Positions 39,586 through 48,700 of a stretch of 64,000 bases of DNA are shown in pieces. How positions within the stretch are numbered: the stretch's first letter is position 1; each line of letters starts with the position of its first letter. The notes beneath the pieces were generated by a model. That model made no database searches and was not told the origin of the DNA. It worked only from the letters and a program-made list of their open reading frames with translations. This stretch comes from Spirochaetia bacterium (GTDB taxonomy: Bacteria; Spirochaetota; Spirochaetia; SZUA-6; Bin103): NCBI GenBank assembly GCA_965203905.1, contig CBDBDQ010000005.1, positions 1,728,001 through 1,792,000 of the forward strand. Direction: 5' to 3'. Position numbers and translations under genes: made by a program.

Positions 39586-40161
39586 GTGAGTAGCGGCAGG
39601 TTGAGGTTCGGCGGCTGCTCAGCGCGGCGGGCGGTGCTGGTGGCAGCCTTGGTGATGGGCGCCGCGATCGCCGTGGCGAGCGGAGCGGGCGAGGCCCAGG
39701 AGGGCGAGGTGGTGGTGCTGATCACCGACCACCGCGAGGCGATCGACGACTTTGCGTCGCTGGTGGTGACCGCGACCGGTGCCCGGCTGCACCGGCGCGG
39801 CCACGTTGCCGACGCGGGCTGGACGGTGATCGAGGTGCCGCCGCGGGAGGTGGATCTGACCCGTTACCGGGACGGTGCCAGCCTCGAGCTGGTGCGGGCG
39901 CCGGTGGCCGCGGGGCGGTACGATGCGGCCGACCTGCTCCTGGCCGGCCCCGCCCGCGGCGTAGTGCTCGCCGGCGACCGGGTGACGGTGCCGCTGGAGG
40001 TCTCGCCGGTACGGGTAGCGGTCGAGGTGCGGCGCGGCCAGGTGACGAACCTGACCTTCGATCTGGTGGTGCACGACCTGCGCGATCATCCCGGAAAGAC
40101 CTGGGGCGTGCTGCTGGAAGAGGTGCGCGTCGCCAACGTGGCGGTCACCGTACCCGAGTAA
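39586..40161 (+). CDS. DUF4382 domain secreted protein
   Basis: Signal peptide, 'VLITD...IDDFASLVVT', 'VDLT', 'GRYD', 'LTFD'. Confidence 0.7.
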   Translation: MSSGRLRFGGCSARRAVLVAALVMGAAIAVASGAGEAQEGEVVVLITDHREAIDDFASLVVTATGARLHRRGHVADAGWTVIEVPPREVDLTRYRDGASLELVRAPVAAGRYDAADLLLAGPARGVVLAGDRVTVPLEVSPVRVAVEVRRGQVTNLTFDLVVHDLRDHPGKTWGVLLEEVRVANVAVTVPE

Positions 40162-40169
40162 CTGCAGCG

Positions 40170-41540
40170 GTGCCCGGCTCCCCGGCTACGATCTTCAACG
40201 AGTGGCAGGACGCGGCCGGCCGGCCGCGGGATCACTACGCGCCGCTCGCCGCTGCCGTCGCCACGCTCGGTCGACGCGAGCTGTGCCGGCGCTGGGATAC
40301 GGCCCGCCGCCGCGGGCTGCTGGACGCGGTCACCTTCTGCCTCGAGCCGCACCGGTTCCGGACGGCGCCGGCCGACTGGCTTCCGCGCGTCATCCCGCAC
40401 GCGCACTGGGAGGTGATCGCGGCCGGAGTGGGGCAGCGGCTGAAGGCGATCAATCGCTTCCTGCTCGACCTGTACCACGGCGGCCAGGACATCGTGCCCG
40501 ACGAAGTGGTCTATACCGCGCAGCATTTCTATCCCGAGGTGCTGGGATTCCAGCCGCCGCGCGACCTGTTCGTCCATCTCTATGCGATCGATCTGGTGCA
40601 CCTGGGCGGCGGGCGCTACGTGGTCCTGGAAGACACCGCGCGGATTCCGTTCGGGATCGGTTACCAGCTCAAGACGCTGGAGCTCGTGGGCCAGGTGATA
40701 CCGGAGTTCGCCGCCGGCTACGACCTGGAACGCTACGAGATCCGGCAGGCCTACCTCGACCTGTTCCGCTCGCTCTGCGACTCCCCGTCACCGGTGTGCG
40801 TGCTGCTGACCGACGGCAGGTTCGGAGCTGCCTTCTTCGAGCACCGCTACCTGTCGGAGCTGCTGGGCATCCCGCTGGTGGAGGGCTCCGACCTCTACGT
40901 CGGCTATGACGGGCGGGTGTACCTGCGCACCCTGGATCGCGATCTTCCCGTCGACCTGGTATACCGGCGGGTGGAAGACCTGGACCTGTTCGTGCCGGGC
41001 CTGCACGACGCCTGCCTGGACCACCGGGTGATTCTGGTGAACGCCATCGGGGCCGGCGCGGTGGAGGACAAGCTGGTGTTCAAGTGGGTGCCGGAGATGA
41101 TCGAGCGTTACCTGGGCGAGGCGCCGATCCTGCCGCAGGCGACCAGCTACGACCTGACCGACCCGGAGAGCCGCCGCTACGTGCTGGACCACCTGGACCG
41201 GCTGGTGATCAAGTCGCGCCGGGAACACGTCGCCGGCGGCGTCTCCGTAGTGTCCGATCTGGGGCCGGCCGCCAGGAGGCGTCTCGGCGAACGCATTCTG
41301 GAGCAGCCGCGGATGCTGGTGGCGCAGGAGTGTCTGGACTTTTCCCAGCACCTGGTCTTGAATGCCGCGACGGGTGCGCTGGAGGGTCGCTACGTGGACT
41401 TGCGGGTGTTCGCGCTGCAGGACGGTTCGGGCCAGGTGACCGTGTTCGCGGGCGGTTTGACCCGTGTCGCTGCGGCCACCGGGCGCATCACCAGCCACTC
41501 GGCGGGTGGGTCGTTCAAGCCTACCTGGGTGCTCCGTTAG
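40170..41540 (+). CDS. Circularly permuted type 2 ATP-grasp protein
   Basis: 'WLPRVIP', 'GVGQRLKAINRFLLDLY', 'AFFEHRYLSELLGIPLVEG.DL', 'VDLVYRRV', 'VDLRVF', 'GGLTRV', 'GGSFK.TWV'. Confidence 0.9.
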   Translation: MPGSPATIFNEWQDAAGRPRDHYAPLAAAVATLGRRELCRRWDTARRRGLLDAVTFCLEPHRFRTAPADWLPRVIPHAHWEVIAAGVGQRLKAINRFLLDLYHGGQDIVPDEVVYTAQHFYPEVLGFQPPRDLFVHLYAIDLVHLGGGRYVVLEDTARIPFGIGYQLKTLELVGQVIPEFAAGYDLERYEIRQAYLDLFRSLCDSPSPVCVLLTDGRFGAAFFEHRYLSELLGIPLVEGSDLYVGYDGRVYLRTLDRDLPVDLVYRRVEDLDLFVPGLHDACLDHRVILVNAIGAGAVEDKLVFKWVPEMIERYLGEAPILPQATSYDLTDPESRRYVLDHLDRLVIKSRREHVAGGVSVVSDLGPAARRRLGERILEQPRMLVAQECLDFSQHLVLNAATGALEGRYVDLRVFALQDGSGQVTVFAGGLTRVAAATGRITSHSAGGSFKPTWVLR

Positions 41541-41574
41541 GAGTCTGCACGGTCACTCCGCGACATGGAGAACG

Positions 41575-42543
41575 ATGAAAATCGATGCACAGGCATCGTC
41601 CGCCGGATTGCGCCAGACTCCTGACGCCGGGACGGAACGGGCCACCGGCGGCGCCGATACCCGCATCGCCTCCTATCTCTACGCAGCTCGCTACCGTTAT
41701 TCCGATTCCGTCCTGCACAACGACAACCAGCTTCGCATCTTCCCGCTGACCGACTCCGGTCAGGAGCCGGTGGACCTGCAACTCTGGACCCGCCCGCATG
41801 GCAGGGGGGTGGAGTACGTGGACCGTTTCGGCAACCGCGTGCGGCGCGTGCGCATCGTCGCCGCTCACGACAGCCTGGTAGTGGCCAGCGCCGGCCGGGT
41901 GCGGCTGGCCACCGCACGGCCGGAACCGGAGGACGCGGATCTGGAAGAGGTGCGCGCGCTGCCCGAGGCCTTCGAGTACACTTCGCGTTCGGCGCTGGTG
42001 GACCCCGCCGCCGTCTCCGGCCTGGCCGACGAGGTGGCCCCCGCTCCCGACTCGCTGCTCGCTGCGGTCGACGGCGCCGCTGGCTGGGTGCACCGCAATA
42101 TCCGATATCGCCGCGGCACCACCGGTGTGACGACCACCGCCGTCCAGGTGCTGCGGGCGCTGGAAGGCGTGTGCCAGGACAAGGCCCACCTCACCCTGGG
42201 GATGCTGCGGGCGCTGGGCATCCCGAGCCGCTACGTGAGCGGGCTGCTCACCGGTGAGGTGGGCGAGACCCATGCCTGGGTGGAGGTGCGCCACCCGCGC
42301 CGCGGCTGGCTCGCGGTCGATCCCACGCGTGGGATGCTGTGTCCGCCTCCCTGCGACTACATCAAGCTGGCGGTCGGCCGCGACTATGCCGACGTGCCCC
42401 CGGTAGCCGGTTCGTTCCTGTCCCGGGGTGCGGCCAGCGAATGTGCCGCCATCTCGACGGCGAAGCTGGACGCCGCCGGCGCCGCGACGCTCGGCGACGC
42501 CCTGGAGCTGTTGCGGAGCGCCCACGTGGTCAGGCACGCGTAG
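41575..42543 (+). CDS. Transglutaminase family protein (N-terminal Bact_transglu_N domain)
   Basis: Catalytic triad 'GVCQD', 'THAWVE', 'VDPT'; also 'RYVSG', 'VGRDYADV.P' and 'DRFGNRV'. Confidence 0.92.
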   Translation: MKIDAQASSAGLRQTPDAGTERATGGADTRIASYLYAARYRYSDSVLHNDNQLRIFPLTDSGQEPVDLQLWTRPHGRGVEYVDRFGNRVRRVRIVAAHDSLVVASAGRVRLATARPEPEDADLEEVRALPEAFEYTSRSALVDPAAVSGLADEVAPAPDSLLAAVDGAAGWVHRNIRYRRGTTGVTTTAVQVLRALEGVCQDKAHLTLGMLRALGIPSRYVSGLLTGEVGETHAWVEVRHPRRGWLAVDPTRGMLCPPPCDYIKLAVGRDYADVPPVAGSFLSRGAASECAAISTAKLDAAGAATLGDALELLRSAHVVRHA

Positions 42544-42545
42544 GC

Positions 42546-43067
42546 ATGGATCCGAGAACCGCCGCCCTGGGGGCCGACCGCTGGCTGACCGACTCCCGAG
42601 TATACAACCTGGTCTGGCTGGGGCGCTGGATCGAACGTGCCCAGAGCGTGGCGCGCCTGCTGCTGTGGTCCGCAAGGCACGATGCAACCAACCGGCTGCA
42701 GGACGTACTCGCCATCGCGTCCGAGATACGCGGCGTCACGGTGGCGGAGAACGAGTCGCCGCTGGAGGCGCTGCTGATTCGCGACAACGGCGCCTCCCTG
42801 CGCGCCTGCCTGGCGGCCGCGCGCTACAATGCCACCCACGTGGCGCCGATCGCGGTGATCCGCAGCATCGGCGCCGCGATCGAGACCTTGGACCACCACG
42901 ATCCACCGCCCGCGACGACGGCGGAGGTGGGCGCACTGATGGAGCGCACCCTGGGCCTGCTGAACGACCTGCATGCGGCGGTGGAGGAGGCCTGGTTCCA
43001 TCCCGAGGTGCCGTCCGAGGAAGAGGTGTATCGGCGCTTCCTTCAACAGCAACAGCAGCAGCAGTAG
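42546..43067 (+). CDS. Short alpha-E domain protein with C-terminal poly-Gln
   Basis: 'LVWLGRWIERA' alpha-E ER motif, 'SLRACLAAARYNA'. Ends in QQQQQQQ. Confidence 0.82.
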   Translation: MDPRTAALGADRWLTDSRVYNLVWLGRWIERAQSVARLLLWSARHDATNRLQDVLAIASEIRGVTVAENESPLEALLIRDNGASLRACLAAARYNATHVAPIAVIRSIGAAIETLDHHDPPPATTAEVGALMERTLGLLNDLHAAVEEAWFHPEVPSEEEVYRRFLQQQQQQQ

Positions 43068-43100
43068 CCGGCAGCCGGCGCGGGGCGGACGGTACCCGCC

Positions 43101-45647
43101 TTATCCCTGGAGGAACAGCCCTGGTACGAACCGATGCGGCAGGGCGGGGTGCACCGGCATCACCCGTACCGTGGCCCGCAGCTTGCCGGTGCTGCGGCAG
43201 ACCGCCTGGGCGCGGTAGGTGGCCACCTCACCGCTCTGCTCGACCAGCTCCATCACCGTGCTCTCGCCACCGTCGATGGCGTCGTCGGCGCCGGCCAGCA
43301 AGCCGTGGTAGAGGGCCACCTCCACCGCCGCGGGCTCCAGGCCGCCGAGCCGCACCGAGGCGGTAACGTCGATCCGGTCCCCGACGCGTAACGTCGGCGC
43401 GCTGGCGGTGGTGAGCCGCTCCACGGTGATCCCCTCCCAATGCTGCTCCAGCAGCGCCAGGTAGCGCGCCAGGTCGACCGCTTCGCGCCAGCCGTCAGCG
43501 TGCAGCCGTTGCGCCTGGGCCAGCGCCGGCTCGTAGAAGTTGCGGTGGTACTCGGCGACCATGCGCTGGGCGCTGAAACGCTGGCCCACCTCCTTCATCG
43601 AGCGCCGCATCTTGGCGATCCAGGAGCGCGGCAGGCCGTCGATGCTGCGGTCGTAGAACGCCGGTATCACCATCTGCTCCAGCTCGGCGAAGACCGCGTC
43701 CACCTCCAACTCGTCCTGTACCTCGTGGTCGTCGTAAGTGGTAGTGGAGCCCACCGCCCAGCCGATCTCGGGACGGTACGCCTCGTCCCACCAGCCGTCC
43801 AGCGTGGACACCACCAGCGACCCGTTGACCGCCGCTTTCATGCCGCTGGTGCCGCTGGCCTCGTGCGGCCGGCGCGGGGTGTTGAGCCACACGTCGCAGC
43901 CCGCTACCAGGTAGCGCGCCACGCTGATGTCGTAGTCGTCCAGGAACACCAGTCGGCTGCGCAGGTCGTGGTCGGCGGCGAACTGGATGATGTGGCGGAT
44001 CATCTCCTTGCCCTGGTGGTCGTTGGGGTGGGCCTTGCCGGCGAAGATGATCTGCAGCGGGCGTTCCTGATCGGTCAGCAGGCGCACCAGCCGCTCGGGC
44101 CGGCGGAACAGCAGACCAGCCCGCTTGTAGCCGGCGAAGCGGCGTGCGAAGCCGATGGTGAGCGCGTCCGGGCGCAGTGCCACCTTCGCCGCCTGCAGAT
44201 CGCGATCCGAGGCCCCCTCGTGACGGAGCTGCGCCACGATGCGGCGGCGCGCGAACCAGATCATGCGCTCACGCCGCCGCTCGTGGGTACGCCACAGCTC
44301 TTCGTCGGCGATGTTGTCCACCTGGTCCCAGATTGATACCTCGGGGGCGTGTTTCTCGACCGCGGGCCCCAGGTAGCGCACCAGCAGGTCCTGGATGTCG
44401 TGCGAGATCCAGCTGCGCGGATGCACCCCGTTGGTGACGTGGCGGATCGGCACCTCGGCGACCGGCACTCCAGGCCACAGGCCGCGCCACATGCGCCGCG
44501 ACACCTGGCCGTGCAGGCGGCTGACGCCGTTGCAGTACGCCGCCAGACGCAAGGCCAGCGGCGTGAGGCCGAACTCGCCGTGGTGCTCGCCGTTGTGTAC
44601 GGAACTGCCCAACCCCAGGAACTGATCCTCGCTCAGCCCCAGTTCCGTGCGCATGCTGCGCGCCTGGTCGAGCACCAGCGCGGCGTCGAAGCTCTCGTTG
44701 CCCGCCGGCACCGGGGTATGGGTGGTGAACACCGTCGTGCTCCACACCGCCAGCCGCGCCTCGGCAAAGCTCAGCCCGTGCTCGCTCATCAGGGCCCGCA
44801 CCCGCTCCAGACCCAGGAACGCCGAATGGCCCTCGTTCATGTGGGTAACCGCCAGCGGGATCTGCAGTGCCTGCAGCGCGCGGATGCCGCCGATGCCCAG
44901 CAGCAGTTCCTGGCGCAGACGGGCGCGGCGGTCGGCGACGTACAACTGGCCGGTGATGTGCCGGGTCGAGGGATCGTTGGCCTCCAGATCGGTGTCCAGC
45001 AGGTACAGCGTCACCCTGCCCACCAGCACCCGCCACACCTGGGCGTGCGCCAATTCCTCGCCCAGCTCCACCGCCACCGTCAACGGTGAGCCGTCGGCCC
45101 GGGTGCACAGCTTCAGGGGCAGGTTGTAGAAGTCGTTGGCCGGGTACGATTCCTGCTGTTGTCCGTCCATGCCGACGTGCTGGCGGAAGTAGCCGGTGCG
45201 GTACAGCAGTCCCACGCCAACCAGCGGCAGCCCCAGGTCGGAGCAACTCTTGAGGTGATCGCCGGAGAGCACTCCGAGACCACCCGAGTAGATCGGCAGG
45301 GCGACGTCGAGGCCGAACTCCATGGAGAAGTAGGCCACCACGCCGTCGCGCGGGCCGCGGTACCAGGACTCGGCTTCCAGGTAGGCGCGGTAAGTGGCGT
45401 AGACGCGGTCCATGTGCGCCAGGAACGCCTCATCCCGCGCCAGTTGCTGCAACCGTTCCTGCGCCACCGCGCCCAGCAGCAGAACGGGAGTCTGGCGGGT
45501 TTCGAACCAGAGGTCGTTGTCGATGCGCATGAACAGACGAATGGCGTCGAAGTGCCAGCTGATCCAGAAGTCGTGGGCCATCTCGGCCAGCGGCGCCAGC
45601 CGCGCGGGAAGGTTCGGTTTGACCGTGAAGGTGAGTTGGTTGGGCAT
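43101..45647 (-). CDS. glgP: Alpha-glucan (glycogen) phosphorylase
   Basis: 'YFSMEFG', 'YSGGLGVL.GDHLK', 'HMNEGH', 'FTTHTPVPAG', 'ARRFAGYKR', PLP motif 'EASGTSGMK'. Confidence 0.96.
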   Translation of the reverse strand: MPNQLTFTVKPNLPARLAPLAEMAHDFWISWHFDAIRLFMRIDNDLWFETRQTPVLLLGAVAQERLQQLARDEAFLAHMDRVYATYRAYLEAESWYRGPRDGVVAYFSMEFGLDVALPIYSGGLGVLSGDHLKSCSDLGLPLVGVGLLYRTGYFRQHVGMDGQQQESYPANDFYNLPLKLCTRADGSPLTVAVELGEELAHAQVWRVLVGRVTLYLLDTDLEANDPSTRHITGQLYVADRRARLRQELLLGIGGIRALQALQIPLAVTHMNEGHSAFLGLERVRALMSEHGLSFAEARLAVWSTTVFTTHTPVPAGNESFDAALVLDQARSMRTELGLSEDQFLGLGSSVHNGEHHGEFGLTPLALRLAAYCNGVSRLHGQVSRRMWRGLWPGVPVAEVPIRHVTNGVHPRSWISHDIQDLLVRYLGPAVEKHAPEVSIWDQVDNIADEELWRTHERRRERMIWFARRRIVAQLRHEGASDRDLQAAKVALRPDALTIGFARRFAGYKRAGLLFRRPERLVRLLTDQERPLQIIFAGKAHPNDHQGKEMIRHIIQFAADHDLRSRLVFLDDYDISVARYLVAGCDVWLNTPRRPHEASGTSGMKAAVNGSLVVSTLDGWWDEAYRPEIGWAVGSTTTYDDHEVQDELEVDAVFAELEQMVIPAFYDRSIDGLPRSWIAKMRRSMKEVGQRFSAQRMVAEYHRNFYEPALAQAQRLHADGWREAVDLARYLALLEQHWEGITVERLTTASAPTLRVGDRIDVTASVRLGGLEPAAVEVALYHGLLAGADDAIDGGESTVMELVEQSGEVATYRAQAVCRSTGKLRATVRVMPVHPALPHRFVPGLFLQG

Positions 45648-45744
45648 GGTCGTTGGCCACCCGAAGTGTCAGGCTCGGGGTGCGTATTAGTGCCCGGATG
45701 GCCTCCGGCTGTCTACCGCTGCCGGTGACGCCGGCGCGGCGGTG

Positions 45745-48700
45745 TCAGGAAGCGAGATCGGCTGCGGGGATCGTCTCCTGCAACGCGTGCAGCTCTTCCA
45801 GATAGCGCTGCGCCGCGCGGTCCCAGGACACAATGCTGCGGCGAGCGTTGCTGCGCGCCCGCTGGATCTGGCCGGCGCTGGCGTGGCGGAAGAACCAGGT
45901 GCAGCGCTCCATGGCGTCGAGAAACCCGGCGGGACGATAGTCGCCGAACAGCACGCCGCAGCCGCTCACCGTCGAGCCGCGGAGCTGCAGCGGCGTCACG
46001 GTGTCGCGCAGCCCGCCGGTGGCGTGCGCGACCACCAGGCAACCGCAACTCATCGCCTCCAACTGGGAGATGCCCCCCGGCTCGAACTGCGACGGCATCA
46101 GGAACGCGTCGGCGGCCAGCAGCGGCAGGCTGATCTCCTGGTAGCCGATGCGGGTTGAGACCGCCCCGGGGTAGTGCTCCATCAGGGCCCGCATCCCGTC
46201 CGCGAGCTGCTCCGCGCGATGATCGTTGGGCGCGATCGGGCCGCCGATGATCGCCTGCACGCCGAGGTTGCGGAAGATCCCTTCTGACGCCTCCAGCAGA
46301 ATCTGGAACCCCTTCTGATCGCTGACCCGGTGAATCATCACGTAGAGCACCTGGTCGGGGTCCACGACCAGGCCGTACTCGAGCTGCGCCAGCAGCTTGG
46401 TGCGCATCCGCACGACCTGGTCGCGGCGGCCGCGGCTGCGGCAGCGGATGGCACCCGCCTCCGCGGCCAGCAGCTCGGGATAGCGCCGCTCCAGCTTGAC
46501 CCGCAGCTCCGGGTCGCCGGCGATGCGCTCGCGCAGCCGCGGGTACTGTTGTTGCTCCAGCCCCGAGCGGCTGAGCCGCCGCTGCACGCCGCTGCGGAAT
46601 CCCTTGCCGATTCCGTTGTTGATCCCGATGACGTCGTGCAACAGCGGTTCCAGGCCGTCGCAGTGCTGCTCGATCTGCTCGGCGTAGGAGGGACTCACGG
46701 TGAAGACCCGGTCGGCAAAGCGGATTCCGGCGGCCATCAGGTTGAACAGCCGCTCGTCGCGCGGGTCGGTGAACTGCGCCGCACGGTGTTCCGGCAGGTT
46801 GAACAGGGCGAACAGATCGACGCCATCCTCGTAGCGGTCGTAGCAGTCGAAATACTGCCAGCCGCCGTTGTGGATGATGTGCACGAAGCTGGTGCGGGCG
46901 AAGGCGGGACTGTCGGCGTAGTAGGGGTCGGCGCGCACGATGCCGCTGATCAGGGCAGCCGCGGCATCGTTGGTCGCCACTGCCAGCGGGTGGAGCTGAA
47001 AGCTGGCGATCACCTCGGCGGCGGCGCGCGCCAGGGCGATGCGGCGGCGGATGCGCTCGTTGGAGCGGTAGCCCCAGTACAGCCCGTCGAACAGCTCGTG
47101 GTGGTCGAGCAGGTAGTAGGTCACGCCGTCGACCACCCCGCCGTGGACTCCGATCGCGTAGTGCTCGCCGCCGACCTGGAACTGGACGTTGACCCCGGTG
47201 TAGGTCACGCCGAAGCGCTCGATCGCGGCTTCCATCTTGCTGACGGCATGCGCCTCGCCGCTGCGGTACAGGGGGGTGATGACGCACAGCCGCTCACCGA
47301 GGCCGGCCAGCTCCCGCGGCAGCTCGCAGGTGACGTTGGCCAGGCCGCCGCTCTTGGAGAACGGCTCTGCCTCGGCGGTCACGAACACGACCGTCCGGCT
47401 GCGAAGCTGGGCCAGCGCCTGCTCCAGCACCCGGTCGCGGCGCGTGCGTCCGCGCTGCACGGCGCCACGCAGGCGGTCCAACCCGGCGCCGGGTGGCAGT
47501 ACGCCGTCCCGGTGGGCGTGATACAGCACCCGTTTGAGCCCCAGCGCCACGCCCGCGTCGGCGGCCGCATCGTACAGCGGCAGCAACACCTCATCCAGGA
47601 ACCGCAGCAACCCGGCTTCGCCGCCGGCCGCGGCCGCCACCAGCTCCCCGTAGGCGAACGACGCCGCGACCTGCTCGCGCGACGCCGCAGCCAGCAGGCG
47701 GTCGAACGAATCGCGCAGCAGCGGGCCGTAGGCGGCGGCGTCGCCGGCCAGATCGATGCGCAGCAGCTTGACCCGTTGCCGGTAGCTCACCGACGTGGTG
47801 AGCGCTGACACGCGCAACTCGCGGCCGGTGAAGTAGCCGTAGCGCTGAGTCACCGGCGAGTAGGTGGGGTCCGCCACCACGTACCGGGCCCGCGGATCGA
47901 TCGCCGCGGCCGAGCGCAGGTCCACGCTCACGGCGGCGCTGTCCGTGGCAAAGCTGCACACCGCCAGCCACAGGCCCTCCGGGCCGGGTTTGATGGCGGC
48001 CGCCACCTGGTGGTGGTCGGTCGGCAGCAGGGTGCCGCGGCCGGGATTGCGCCGGTGGAAGGCGTACACCTCGCGGAACACTCCCTCCACGCTGCGGTCC
48101 GCCGCGCTGTCGAATCGGTTCCAGTCGACGTAGATATTGTCCGGGAACACCTTCCAGGCTTCGCCTTGCGCGTTGCCCTCGTAGTCCAGCAGCAGGTTGA
48201 CCAGGAACGACGTCAGCGTCAGCACCGGCCGCAGGTTGTCACGGCCGAAGGTGTTCACCGGTCGCCGCTCGTCGTGGTTGCCGAACATCCCCACCAGCTC
48301 GGCGCCCGGCGGCAGCGCGCGCCGGTAGTGCTGTTGGTACAGGTGATAGATCTCGCTGACCGGCGAGGTGCCCTGGGCGACCCGCTCGCAGATCTTGAAC
48401 AGCGCGGAGTCGTAGGGGACGATGCCGACCCGGCTGAGGTACTGTTCGCGCCCCCAGTAGGACTCCGCCAGGTGGAGCGAGAACCGCTTGCCCGCGCCGC
48501 GGGCGCTGCGCTCCAGCTCCCGCATCAGCAGGTAGTGCAGCGGACTGGCGATCAGGTCGTGGCACGCCGAGTCGAAGAACCCGGTGGTGATTAAGTGGTC
48601 GTCCTCGCGCTCGTTGACCACGATGGTGCCCTCTACCTGGTCCTCGTCCGAGCGCCTGCCGGTGGCAAGCACCGGAGCGTTGTTGCGCTTCATCATGATC

